This document shows, piece after piece, positions 38,452-47,740 of a stretch of 64,000 nucleotides of DNA (position 1 is its first letter; each line of letters begins with the position of its first letter). The position numbers were made by a program, and so were the translations under genes. The stretch is from an uncultured Verrucomicrobiota bacterium (GTDB lineage Bacteria > Verrucomicrobiota > Kiritimatiellia > JAAZAB01): contig CAYUHK010000001.1 of NCBI GenBank assembly GCA_964444425.1, positions 119,976 through 183,975 of the forward strand. The letters run 5' to 3'. The notes below the pieces were generated by a model. The model was not told where the DNA came from. It saw only the letters and a list, made by a program, of their open reading frames with translations, and did not search any database.

Positions 38452-39746
38452 CTACAAACGCAGATATAATTCAACAATTTGACCAATACGTAATCCCTAC
38501 CTATGCCCGCAAACAGGTGGCCTTCGTCCGTGGCAAGGGCACTAAGATATGGGATGCCGATGGCAAGGTCTATTTGGATTTTCTGGCGGGAATAGCGGTT
38601 AGCAGCGTCGGCCACAACCATCCACAAATGGTCGCGGCTATTCATAAACAGGCTCAGCAACTTATTCACATTTCCAATCTCTATTATCATGAAAACCAGA
38701 TGCTCTTGGCCAAAGCTCTGGCTGATTTAGCCCTGCATGGTAAATGCTTTTTTTGTAACTCCGGCGCTGAAGCCAATGAAGCGCTTATCAAGTTGGCCCG
38801 GCTTTGGGGGCATCCGCGCAAACGCTATGAAATCATCACCATGCGAAATTCTTTCCATGGCCGCACCCTAGCCACATTGACAGCCACCGGACAAACCAAG
38901 GTGCAGCAAGGATATGAGCCACTGCCAATCGGCTTTACCCTGGCTGACTTCAACAACTTAGATTCGGTCAAGGCCGCCATCACCGAGCGCACAGCCGCTG
39001 TTTTGGTTGAAGCCATTCAAGGCGAAGGCGGCATCGTTCCGGCCCAGCCAGAGTTCTTAAAGGGATTGCGGGAACTATGCAATGAACAGGATATACTGAT
39101 GCTGTGCGATGAGGTGCAATGCGGCATGGGGCGCAGCGGAAACTGGTTCGCCTTTCAGGCTTACGATGTGGAGCCCGACGCCTTCGCCCTCGCCAAAGCG
39201 CTAGGCGGCGGCTATCCTATTGGAGCGATCGTAACCAGCCCCAAGCTGGCCGACGTTTTCCAGCCTGGAACACACGCCAGCACCTTCGGAGGCAACCCTC
39301 TAGCTTGCGCCGCTGCTTTAGCCATGATTCAGATCATACGTGAAGAAAGATTATTACAAAACGCCAGCCAAATGGGCCAGCGCCTCAAAGAAGGACTCCA
39401 AACGCTGGTAAATAAATATGAGCATCTTGTGGAAGTCCGCGGCGTAGGGCTTATGCTGGGCCTGGTCCTCGATCAGCCTGCCAAGGCTCTAGCAGATAAG
39501 TTAATGGATGTGGGACTATTGACGCTAGCCACGGCCGAGCGAGTCATCCGCTTTCTGCCGCCACTCAATCTTAAGGCAAGCGAAGTGGATGAGGCGCTTG
39601 AAATCCTGGATGAGGTTTGCGCCGAATGGCATGCTGAACTTTCCAGCCCGGCTGAGTCTAAGCAAGCGGAATCTATCGCGGAACCTGCCGCGGCAGACTT
39701 AGATGCTTCCGCAACGCCAACCAACCCCGCTCCCGATGCTGGATAA
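38448..39746 (+). CDS. argD: Acetylornithine aminotransferase
   Basis: Class-III aminotransferase with SGAEANEA, DEVQCGMGRSG and PLP-Lys context ALAKALGGGYP. ATGA overlap with argB. Carries a low-complexity Ala/Pro/Glu C-terminal tail of about 35 aa. Confidence 0.88.
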   Translation: MTTNADIIQQFDQYVIPTYARKQVAFVRGKGTKIWDADGKVYLDFLAGIAVSSVGHNHPQMVAAIHKQAQQLIHISNLYYHENQMLLAKALADLALHGKCFFCNSGAEANEALIKLARLWGHPRKRYEIITMRNSFHGRTLATLTATGQTKVQQGYEPLPIGFTLADFNNLDSVKAAITERTAAVLVEAIQGEGGIVPAQPEFLKGLRELCNEQDILMLCDEVQCGMGRSGNWFAFQAYDVEPDAFALAKALGGGYPIGAIVTSPKLADVFQPGTHASTFGGNPLACAAALAMIQIIREERLLQNASQMGQRLKEGLQTLVNKYEHLVEVRGVGLMLGLVLDQPAKALADKLMDVGLLTLATAERVIRFLPPLNLKASEVDEALEILDEVCAEWHAELSSPAESKQAESIAEPAAADLDASATPTNPAPDAG

Positions 39747-39835
39747 AAATAGTATGGCGCTAATTATTGGATGTTTTTAAGCTCTTTATTTTAATTGCTG
39801 GATCTTAAGTTTTAGCGATTTAAACGCATTGAATC

Positions 39836-41128
39836 ATGTCGGCCGCCGTCAATTCTAATGTTACCTATTTGCCTACGGCCAAAATCCGCCAGGCCGTCCG
39901 ACGCTTTCCTACGCCTTTTTTTATTTATGAGGAAAAACGCATCCGAGCCAACTGCGAAAGCTTTAGGGATACCTTTCGCAGGTATTTCCCAACCTTCGAG
40001 CCGCTCTATGCCATCAAAGCCAACGCAAATCCCGCTCTTCTGAAAATCATTTTCTCAGAAGGATTTGGGGCCGATGCCTCCAGCGAAGCCGAGGCCTGGA
40101 TCGCACGAAAACTTAATGTTGGCGGCATGTACACCGGCAATTATACCACCGCACAAGAATTCCAATTTGTGCTACGCGGAAGAGGCTTCCAGCTGAATCT
40201 CGATGATATCAGCATGCTGCCTGTAATTCGCCGGCTGGGCATGCCTAAATTCCTATCATTCCGGGTTAATCCTGGCATCAGCCGCGGCGGCATGAAGAGC
40301 CTATTTTTGGCTGGAGCCAATGCCAAGTTTGGAGTGCCGTTAGCGAATATTATCACTGCGTTTCAACGTGCTCGTGCGCTTGGCGTTCGACGCTTCGGCA
40401 TTCACGCCATGACTGGTAGCAACGTATTAGATGAAACATATTTTGCCGCCGTGGCCGCCAAATTATTAACCATCGCCGGCAAACTAAAACGCGCAACCGG
40501 CATAACCATCGAACGCCTCAACATAGGCGGCGGTTTTGGCGTGCCTTATCGACCTGAACAAAAGGATCTTGACCTGGATTTGGTGGCACGCTCGCTGCGA
40601 AAAGTCTTCGATAGGCTATGCGCCAGCTATAATCTGAACGCGCCTATCCTAATGGCAGAGCCTGGCCGTTGGATTATGGCCAATACTGGCTGGCTCATCG
40701 GGCAGGTGCACGTGATCAAGAAAAGCCATAAGAAATTTATCGGCATTGATGCCGGCATGAACGACTTGCCGCGCCCAGCCATTTATGGCGCCTATCATCA
40801 TATAACTGTGTTGGAGGCCGCCCGCCGCCGCAAAGAAACCGTTAACGTAGTTGGCCGGCTTTGTGAAAATAACGATCAATTCGCTCAAAATCGTCTGCTG
40901 CCGAACATGCAGCTTGGTGATTTCTTAGCCATTCACCACGCTGGCGCTCATGCTTATGCCATGGGACATAACTACAACAACCGCTTGCGTAGCGCCGAAT
41001 ATCTATGCACTCCTAAAGGCGTTCTTAGACAGATTCGCCGAGCGGAAACCATCCCAGATCTTTTTCGCGCCAGCACCATCCCAACGCCCATAAAAAAGAA
41101 AGGCCGAGCGGGAGCGCACTTATCATAA
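39836..41128 (+). CDS. lysA: Diaminopimelate decarboxylase
   Basis: PLP-Lys motif YAIKAN, plus GGGFGVPY and EPGRW motifs of group IV decarboxylases. Context with dapA/dapB. Confidence 0.85.
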   Translation: MSAAVNSNVTYLPTAKIRQAVRRFPTPFFIYEEKRIRANCESFRDTFRRYFPTFEPLYAIKANANPALLKIIFSEGFGADASSEAEAWIARKLNVGGMYTGNYTTAQEFQFVLRGRGFQLNLDDISMLPVIRRLGMPKFLSFRVNPGISRGGMKSLFLAGANAKFGVPLANIITAFQRARALGVRRFGIHAMTGSNVLDETYFAAVAAKLLTIAGKLKRATGITIERLNIGGGFGVPYRPEQKDLDLDLVARSLRKVFDRLCASYNLNAPILMAEPGRWIMANTGWLIGQVHVIKKSHKKFIGIDAGMNDLPRPAIYGAYHHITVLEAARRRKETVNVVGRLCENNDQFAQNRLLPNMQLGDFLAIHHAGAHAYAMGHNYNNRLRSAEYLCTPKGVLRQIRRAETIPDLFRASTIPTPIKKKGRAGAHLS

Positions 41129-41211
41129 AGTTAAGCTTTTCTCCTTGACCTCGGCCTCATAACTGATTACTGATTGCGATAAAGCGATGATCAACTCATC
41201 GAGGGTCTGTA

Positions 41212-42078
41212 ATGTTTGAAGGCGCTTATACTGCTATAGTCACTCCTTTCAATGCCGCCGGCAACGTGGATTACGCTAAGCTGGAATCTCTGATCGAGCG
41301 TCAAGTTGAAGGCGGCATAGACGGTATTGTTCCCGTAGGCACAACCGGCGAATCGCCAACCTTGACCTATGCTGAACACAAAAAAGTGGTGGAAGTAGCT
41401 GTAAGATCCTGCCGCAACCGCATTAAAGTGATTGCCGGCACCGGCGGGAATTCCACCAGCGAAGCGCTTGAATTAACTCGCTGTGCCCTAGATGTTGGCG
41501 CGCATGGCACCCTGCAGGTAACCCCCTATTACAACAAGCCCAGTCAGGAAGGTCTGCTGCGTCATTTCTCCGCGATCGCCGATCTCGGCCTGCCGGTGGT
41601 GCTTTATAATATCCCTGGCCGCACCGGAGCTGAGATAGCACTGGAAACGGTGGTCAAGCTGGCACAACATCCTCAAATCGTAGCCATCAAGGAAGCTTCC
41701 GGCAATGTTAACAGAGTCAGCCAGATTTTAAAAGCCTGTCAGATCTGCGTGCTTTCGGGCGACGATCCTTTAACTCTGCCCATGATGATCGTCGGCGCTC
41801 AAGGCGTAATCAGTGTAGCGGCTAATTTAGCGCCGGCAGCGGTTGCCAAGATGGTTCACGCCGCCCTGAATGCGGATTGGGCTCAGGCGACTCAACTGCA
41901 CCAGAAATATTTTAGCCTGTTCACTAATATGTTTTTGGATACCAACCCCATTCCCGTAAAAGCCGCTCTGGCCATGATGCAGCAGATTGAAGAAATATAC
42001 CGTCTGCCGCTTTGTTCGCCCAGCGCGGCGGTAAAAACCGAGTTGCGCAAGTGCTTGGAATCGTTCCAGTTGATTTAA
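41212..42078 (+). CDS. dapA: 4-hydroxy-tetrahydrodipicolinate synthase
   Basis: GTTGES, YNIPGRTG, and Schiff-base Lys in AIKEASG. 288 aa. Confidence 0.92.
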   Translation: MFEGAYTAIVTPFNAAGNVDYAKLESLIERQVEGGIDGIVPVGTTGESPTLTYAEHKKVVEVAVRSCRNRIKVIAGTGGNSTSEALELTRCALDVGAHGTLQVTPYYNKPSQEGLLRHFSAIADLGLPVVLYNIPGRTGAEIALETVVKLAQHPQIVAIKEASGNVNRVSQILKACQICVLSGDDPLTLPMMIVGAQGVISVAANLAPAAVAKMVHAALNADWAQATQLHQKYFSLFTNMFLDTNPIPVKAALAMMQQIEEIYRLPLCSPSAAVKTELRKCLESFQLI

Positions 42079-42090
42079 TTAAAACAGCCG

Positions 42091-42909
42091 ATGAAAAATG
42101 CTAGCAGCATGAAGATTGTCATTTTAGGTGCGGCTGGGCGCATGGGCCAAACCTTGATTCGTTGTGCTCGACAATGCGACGACATCTCCATCTCCAGTGC
42201 AGTGGAATCCGAACAAAATCCCTTGCTAGGCAAAGATGCCGGCAGCATAGCCGGAATTGCTAGCATCGGCGTGAGTTTAACCGCCGATGCACGGCGAGCG
42301 GCACAGGCAGCGGACGTGTTGATTGATTTCAGCTTCCCCTCGGCTGTAGAAAAACATGCCTTATTGGCTGCCCAGTTAAAAAAACCTATGGTGATTGGCT
42401 CCACCGGACTTAGCGATACAGCGCGAGCCAACATCCAAAAGGCTGCCGAACAAACCCCCATTATCTGGTCGCCCAATATGAGCCTGGGTGTTAACCTTTT
42501 ATTTATGCTGGCGGCACTGATAGCTAAACAGCTGGCAGCCTATGACGTAGAAATCATTGAAACCCACCATCGCCATAAAAAAGATGCCCCTAGCGGCACG
42601 GCCCTACGATTGGCCGAAACGGTGGCGGCGGCGCGCGAAGTCTCGCTAAATACGGTCGTCTCCTACGGCCGCCAGGGAATGGAAGATGCGCGGCCGCTCG
42701 GCCAAATCGGCGTTCATTCAGTCCGCGCCGGCGATGTTGTCGGCGACCACACCATAGTTTTCGCTACGAATGGTGAACGCTTGGAGCTAACTCATCGCGC
42801 CAGCAGCCGGGAATGTTTTGCCGTCGGTGCCTTGCGCGCCGCCAAATGGGTTATGGGCCGTAAACCGGGGTTATACACCATGCAACATGTCTTGGGCATT
42901 GACGTCTAA
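42091..42909 (+). CDS. dapB: 4-hydroxy-tetrahydrodipicolinate reductase
   Basis: GAAGRMG NAD(P) motif and ETHHRHKKDAPSGTA catalytic motif. An alternative start lies at 42109 (MKIVILGAAG). Confidence 0.92.
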   Translation: MKNASSMKIVILGAAGRMGQTLIRCARQCDDISISSAVESEQNPLLGKDAGSIAGIASIGVSLTADARRAAQAADVLIDFSFPSAVEKHALLAAQLKKPMVIGSTGLSDTARANIQKAAEQTPIIWSPNMSLGVNLLFMLAALIAKQLAAYDVEIIETHHRHKKDAPSGTALRLAETVAAAREVSLNTVVSYGRQGMEDARPLGQIGVHSVRAGDVVGDHTIVFATNGERLELTHRASSRECFAVGALRAAKWVMGRKPGLYTMQHVLGIDV

Positions 42910-42914
42910 GTTCC

Positions 42915-43418
42915 ATGGAAATCGGCCTCAGTCTGGGATCTAATGTTGGCAATCGATTAGCCTATTTGATTGCGGCCAAAAAGCGGATTCTCTCCTTGGC
43001 TGGCATCACCTGGCTGGCTCAATCACCAGTTTATCAGACCGAACCAATAGATGCGCCGGCGGCATTTCAAAAATGCCTATTTTTAAATAGCATCTTGATC
43101 ATCGAGAGCAAGTTTGCCTGTCATCATTTAATCAACCAGCTTCAAACGATTGAACAGAAAGTCGGGCGGATACCTCAGTTACAGCCTAACCTCCCTCGAC
43201 CATTAGATATAGACATAATCTATGCTGATCAGTTACAGATCGTTGAAGAGCGTTTGGTGATCCCCCACCCGCGTTGGGATCAACGACGTTTTGTCATCCA
43301 GCCTCTTAGCGATGTGCGTCCGGAATTGCATATCCCCGGCCAAGCTGCTACAGTCAACGAGGTACTAGCTCAGTTGCAAGATCAGAGCCAGGTTGTGTTA
43401 TTCGCCACCTCCTGGTAG
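42915..43418 (+). CDS. folK: 2-amino-4-hydroxy-6-hydroxymethyldihydropteridine diphosphokinase
   Basis: 167 aa. LGSNVG start, PLDIDIIY and IPHPRWDQRRFVIQPL motifs. Confidence 0.85.
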   Translation: MEIGLSLGSNVGNRLAYLIAAKKRILSLAGITWLAQSPVYQTEPIDAPAAFQKCLFLNSILIIESKFACHHLINQLQTIEQKVGRIPQLQPNLPRPLDIDIIYADQLQIVEERLVIPHPRWDQRRFVIQPLSDVRPELHIPGQAATVNEVLAQLQDQSQVVLFATSW

Positions 43419-43437
43419 CAGAAGGAGCTTCATCATT

Positions 43438-44241
43438 ATGAGCAACTCAAAATGGACCGCGCGGCGCATTAGTGCTTTAAAAAGCCAATGCCCCTTTGCC
43501 TGCTTAACAGCCTATGACTTTGTCACCGCACGCCTGGTGGATGAAGCCGGAATCCCATTGATTCTGGTTGGCGATTCACTGGCTATGACCATGCTAGGCT
43601 ATAACACGACTTTGCCAGTTACCATGAATGCCATGCTGCATCACACTGCAGCGGTAACTCGGGGCGTGACCAATGCGCTAGTCGTGGCCGACATGCCATT
43701 CATGTCTTATCAAGTTTCCATTGAGCAGGCGCTGCAAAATGCTGGCCGCTTCATAAAGGAGGCGCAGGCCGGCGCAGTGAAAATCGAAGGTGGCCAGCTC
43801 CGCGCGCCGCTCATTAAAGCCTTGACCGAAAACGGCATTCCAGTTCTAGCACATATCGGGCTAACCCCCCAAAACATTCATACTCTGGGCGGATATAAAG
43901 TGCAGGGCAAAAAGCACTCCGAGGCGCAGCGACTTATTGATGATGCCAAAACATTGGAAACGGCAGGGGCTTTTGCCATAATCTTGGAATGCCTGCCGCC
44001 GCTGTTGGGCCAAGAAATCACCCAGGCATTAAATATTCCCACAATCGGGATCGGTGCAGGACCTCACTGCAACGGCCAGATTCTCGTGACCCATGATTTG
44101 TTGGGCATAGCCGGCGAAGTCGCTCCACGTTTTATAAAACGCTATGCCGCATTAAGCCAAACTATGCGAGAGGCTTTTATACAATATCAGGCGGATGTGG
44201 CACAAGGTCGCTTTCCAGGACCAGAACATTGCTACAGTTAA
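43438..44241 (+). CDS. panB: 3-methyl-2-oxobutanoate hydroxymethyltransferase
   Basis: LTAYD, LVGDSLAMT and VKIEGG motifs. ATG 43438 downstream of GAAGGAG is preferred over the ORF-track start 43393. Confidence 0.9.
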   Translation: MSNSKWTARRISALKSQCPFACLTAYDFVTARLVDEAGIPLILVGDSLAMTMLGYNTTLPVTMNAMLHHTAAVTRGVTNALVVADMPFMSYQVSIEQALQNAGRFIKEAQAGAVKIEGGQLRAPLIKALTENGIPVLAHIGLTPQNIHTLGGYKVQGKKHSEAQRLIDDAKTLETAGAFAIILECLPPLLGQEITQALNIPTIGIGAGPHCNGQILVTHDLLGIAGEVAPRFIKRYAALSQTMREAFIQYQADVAQGRFPGPEHCYS

Positions 44242-44257
44242 CTGTGCAGGCGCAGCC

Positions 44258-45202
44258 ATGGATATCGTTACCTCACCCGAACAAATGCAAGCAATCGCCC
44301 TATCCCTGCGGCGCGCGGGCCAGCCTATCGGATTTGTGCCAACTATGGGATGCCTACATCCTGGGCATCTAGCGCTTATCAAGCTAGCACGCAAAGCCAG
44401 CGGCGAAGAGCTTTATCCCAATTCCGTTACGAGTGGGCCGCGCGCGCGTCTGGATAAGGGCCAACTGGCGCGGGCGGCAACGCTGGTGGTGAGTATTTTT
44501 GTAAACCCTACCCAATTTGGTCAGCATGAAGATTACAATACTTATCCAAGAAATTTCGATAATGATCGCCAACTTTGCCTTCAGGCAGGCGTCGATATTA
44601 TTTTTCACCCAGCAGCGGAATTCATGTATAGCAAAAACCCTTCGATCAGTCTGGACGAGTCAGCGCTTTCTAAGACTTTATGCGGAGCGGCCCGGCCGGG
44701 GCATTTTCGCGGTGTGCTGACGGTAGTGGCCAAGCTATTTAATTTAGTTCTACCGGATGTGGCAGTCTTCGGGCAAAAGGATGCCCAACAGGCACGCCTT
44801 ATACAGCAAATGATTCATGACCTTAACTTTCCGGTACGGCTTGTTCGAGGCCCGATCATACGCGAGCCGGACGGCCTGGCCATGAGCTCGCGCAACAACT
44901 ATCTTACTCCACCAGAACGCCAGGACGCTCTTTGCCTAGTAAAATCTCTTCAATTAGCCCGAGCTCTTTACCAAGCCGGTGCGCGCGATTCTCATAAAAT
45001 ACTGACCGCTATGCAGCAAAAAATCGACCTGTTTCCCTCAGCGGCTATCGATTATGTAGCAGCGGTAGATGGGACCACTTTACAGCCAGTTACTAAGCTG
45101 GCCGATAGCGTTATGATAGCCTTGGCCGTGCGCATCGGCACAACTCGCTTGATCGACAACCTCATCCTGCCAGATGATCAGCTATGCCAAGTTCCGCTTT
45201 AA
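44258..45202 (+). CDS. panC: Pantoate--beta-alanine ligase
   Basis: PTMGCLHPGH (HxGH), VSIFVNPTQF and MSSRN motifs. ATG 44258 is preferred over the ORF-track start 44195. Contains an extra segment of about 25 aa. Confidence 0.88.
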   Translation: MDIVTSPEQMQAIALSLRRAGQPIGFVPTMGCLHPGHLALIKLARKASGEELYPNSVTSGPRARLDKGQLARAATLVVSIFVNPTQFGQHEDYNTYPRNFDNDRQLCLQAGVDIIFHPAAEFMYSKNPSISLDESALSKTLCGAARPGHFRGVLTVVAKLFNLVLPDVAVFGQKDAQQARLIQQMIHDLNFPVRLVRGPIIREPDGLAMSSRNNYLTPPERQDALCLVKSLQLARALYQAGARDSHKILTAMQQKIDLFPSAAIDYVAAVDGTTLQPVTKLADSVMIALAVRIGTTRLIDNLILPDDQLCQVPL

Positions 45203-45230
45203 TGCTGCAGCGCTGTATCGTTGATTGATT

Positions 45231-45683
45231 TTATTGATTACGACTTTTAAGCTCGATAGAGAGCGGGCCATCATTGATGATCTCCACAACCATTGAAGCC
45301 TGAAAGCAGCCGGTGGCCACACGTTCTGATCCTAAAATACGCCGTAGGCAGCCCACGTAAAACTCATATAGTGGATTGGCCTCCGCCGCCGGCGCCGCCG
45401 ATATAAAACTAGGACGATTACCCTTGCTGGTATCCGCATGTAGAGAAAACTGAGAAACCACTAGAATCTCACCACCAATTTCCATAATTGAGCGGTTCAT
45501 GCGCCCTTCTGCATCGGGGAAGATCCGCAATGCGGCAGTTTTCTCGGCTAAATATTTAGCGTCAGCCTGGGTATCCCCCTTTTTCACACCGAGCAGCACT
45601 ACGTAGCCGCGGCCAATTGTGCCAATAACATTTTCCGCCACGGCCACCTGGCCGCGGCAGACTCGCTGAACCCAAGCTTTCAT
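45231..45683 (-). CDS. dtd: D-aminoacyl-tRNA deacylase
   Basis: MKAWVQRV start, SQFSL and NDGPLSIEL motifs, about 150 aa. ATG 45683 is preferred over the ORF-track start 45713. Confidence 0.88.
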   Translation of the reverse strand: MKAWVQRVCRGQVAVAENVIGTIGRGYVVLLGVKKGDTQADAKYLAEKTAALRIFPDAEGRMNRSIMEIGGEILVVSQFSLHADTSKGNRPSFISAAPAAEANPLYEFYVGCLRRILGSERVATGCFQASMVVEIINDGPLSIELKSRNQ

Positions 45684-45914
45684 CTGGCTGATGCTCCTTC
45701 CTATTATGGGCAACCACCTTTATGCTTGCCGGCTAGAATGAAAACAGTTATATAAGTAAAAACGTTAGGCTTAATCAATCATGCCGCTCTAAGCTAAGCC
45801 AGAAGCTATATAAAACGAATGCTCCTTTTATTTATTATTACAACCAATATGCCTGAAAGAATGCCATCTAAATAAGCCTATAATTATCAACCTAACAGCG
45901 CCAATGGTAATCTT

Positions 45915-46763
45915 ATGAAAAATAGCAAAACTGATCACTTAAAGGAAATGTTTTCGCTATCCGGCAAAGTCGCTGTGATCACTGGCGCCGGCGGCGTCTT
46001 GTTTGGATCCGTGGCCAGCGGCCTGGCCGAGCTAGGTGTGAAAGTGGCCTGCCTGGACTTGCGAGCAGCTGCGGCCCTAAAAACAGCGGAAGCTATTCAA
46101 GCAAGCGGGGCTGATGCGATCGGCATGGAAGTTGATGTTCTCAAGCCAGAGAGCGTTGCTCAAGCACGGGATGCCGTGTTGGCTCAATATGGCCGTGTAG
46201 ATATCTTGATTAACGGCGCGGGCGGCAATCATCCGCAGGCCACTACCAAGAAAGAAGCCGGCTTGAATTTTCCCAACTTAACTGCAGAAGGCTTACGTTT
46301 TGCCTTGGATTTAAATATAATGGGCACCCTGATCCCCTCCATGATATTCGCCCAGGTAATGATTCGCCAACAGGAAGGCGTAATAATCAATGTTTCCTCA
46401 ATGAATGCCGACCTGCCGCTTTCGCGCGTAGTGGCCTACGCGGCTGCCAAAGCCGCGATCAGCAACTTCACTAAATGGCTGGCCGCGGATATGGCCATCA
46501 ACCATTCTCCTAAAATAAGAGTCAATGAAATCCGACCAGGGTTTTTCCCAACTTTGCAGAATGCGGATCTGATCAACAAGACACCGGGTTTACTGACTGC
46601 CTCTCGAGAATCCGATATCCTCGGCCGAACCCCCATGAAACGCTACGGCAAGCCCGAAGAACTTTTAGGAGCGATTGTTTATCTATGTTCGCCTGCAGCA
46701 AGCTTTACCACCGGTAGCAGCATTGCCATTGACGGCGGGTTCGGCGCGTTCTCAGGAGTATAG
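45915..46763 (+). CDS. Short-chain dehydrogenase/reductase (SDR) family oxidoreductase
   Basis: Rossmann motif ITGAGGVLFG, NGAGGN, and catalytic Y-x3-K in YAAAKAA. Substrate not inferable. Confidence 0.8.
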   Translation: MKNSKTDHLKEMFSLSGKVAVITGAGGVLFGSVASGLAELGVKVACLDLRAAAALKTAEAIQASGADAIGMEVDVLKPESVAQARDAVLAQYGRVDILINGAGGNHPQATTKKEAGLNFPNLTAEGLRFALDLNIMGTLIPSMIFAQVMIRQQEGVIINVSSMNADLPLSRVVAYAAAKAAISNFTKWLAADMAINHSPKIRVNEIRPGFFPTLQNADLINKTPGLLTASRESDILGRTPMKRYGKPEELLGAIVYLCSPAASFTTGSSIAIDGGFGAFSGV

Positions 46764-46812
46764 CTCCTGAGCTGCCGGCTAAAATAACCCAGAACCCCCA
46801 GGAGGATCCAAG

Positions 46813-47739
46813 ATGAGTTTGTGGATGCGTTGCCACTCAGTTTATTTTATTTTAAGCCTACTGATCATCTCTGGCCTATGTTCCAAGACGCTAGAAGCAA
46901 CTCAATTGGAAACTCGTAATCGGGACCCTTATCTAGGCGCTATCGTCATCATGGAAGAAACCGGGCAAATTTTATTTGAAGATAATTCCGATGTCAAAGG
47001 CTACCCAGCCAGCGTGCTAAAATTAATGGATCTACTGATTATCTTGGAGCAAATTAAAGCTGGTAAACTAAGCCTTCAGGATAAGGTCATCGTAACTGCC
47101 GAAGCCGCTCGCATCGGCGGATCTCAGGTCTATCTCAAAGAAAAAGAAGTCTTTACAGTGGATGAATTGTTATATGCGCTGATGGTGCAATCGGCTAATG
47201 ATGCGGCCACTGCGCTTGCCATTCATGTGGCGGGCAGCACGCAGGCGTTTGTCGCTCTAATGAACGAGCGCGCTAAAGCTCTGGGAATGCAAGCAACGGA
47301 ATTTCATTCTGTCCATGGCTTGCCGCCGGGCAAGAATCAAAAGGCGGATACGACTACAGCGCGCGACCTAACTAGGCTCTGCCGAGAAATCCTGAAACAT
47401 CCAGAGACCTTGCGCTATACCTCTACCCGTGTATGCGGGCTACGCGATAATGCTTTCATCATGCGCACCCACAACTATCTGCTGGCTAGCTTTGATGGTT
47501 GCGATGGATTGAAAACAGGTTTTTTTAATAAGGCTGGCTTCTCTATTGCCGCCACTGCTAAACGAGGCAATACCCGTCTGATTGCGATTGTGTTGGGAAG
47601 TACACAGCGAAGAACCCGCGACGCCAAAGCTGCTGAGCTGCTCGCGCAGGGATTTGTTAAAGCCCCGTCACAAGACCTAGCAGCACTGCCCAACCCTTGG
47701 CCCGAGCAGGATGGAGCATTATCTGTTCCCTGTCGATGA
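46813..47739 (+). CDS. D-alanyl-D-alanine carboxypeptidase (peptidase S11, PBP5-like)
   Basis: Signal peptide. SxxK (ASVLK), SxN (SAND) and KTG (LKTGF) motifs. GGAGG SD. Confidence 0.85.
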   Translation: MSLWMRCHSVYFILSLLIISGLCSKTLEATQLETRNRDPYLGAIVIMEETGQILFEDNSDVKGYPASVLKLMDLLIILEQIKAGKLSLQDKVIVTAEAARIGGSQVYLKEKEVFTVDELLYALMVQSANDAATALAIHVAGSTQAFVALMNERAKALGMQATEFHSVHGLPPGKNQKADTTTARDLTRLCREILKHPETLRYTSTRVCGLRDNAFIMRTHNYLLASFDGCDGLKTGFFNKAGFSIAATAKRGNTRLIAIVLGSTQRRTRDAKAAELLAQGFVKAPSQDLAALPNPWPEQDGALSVPCR

Positions 47740-47740
47740 G

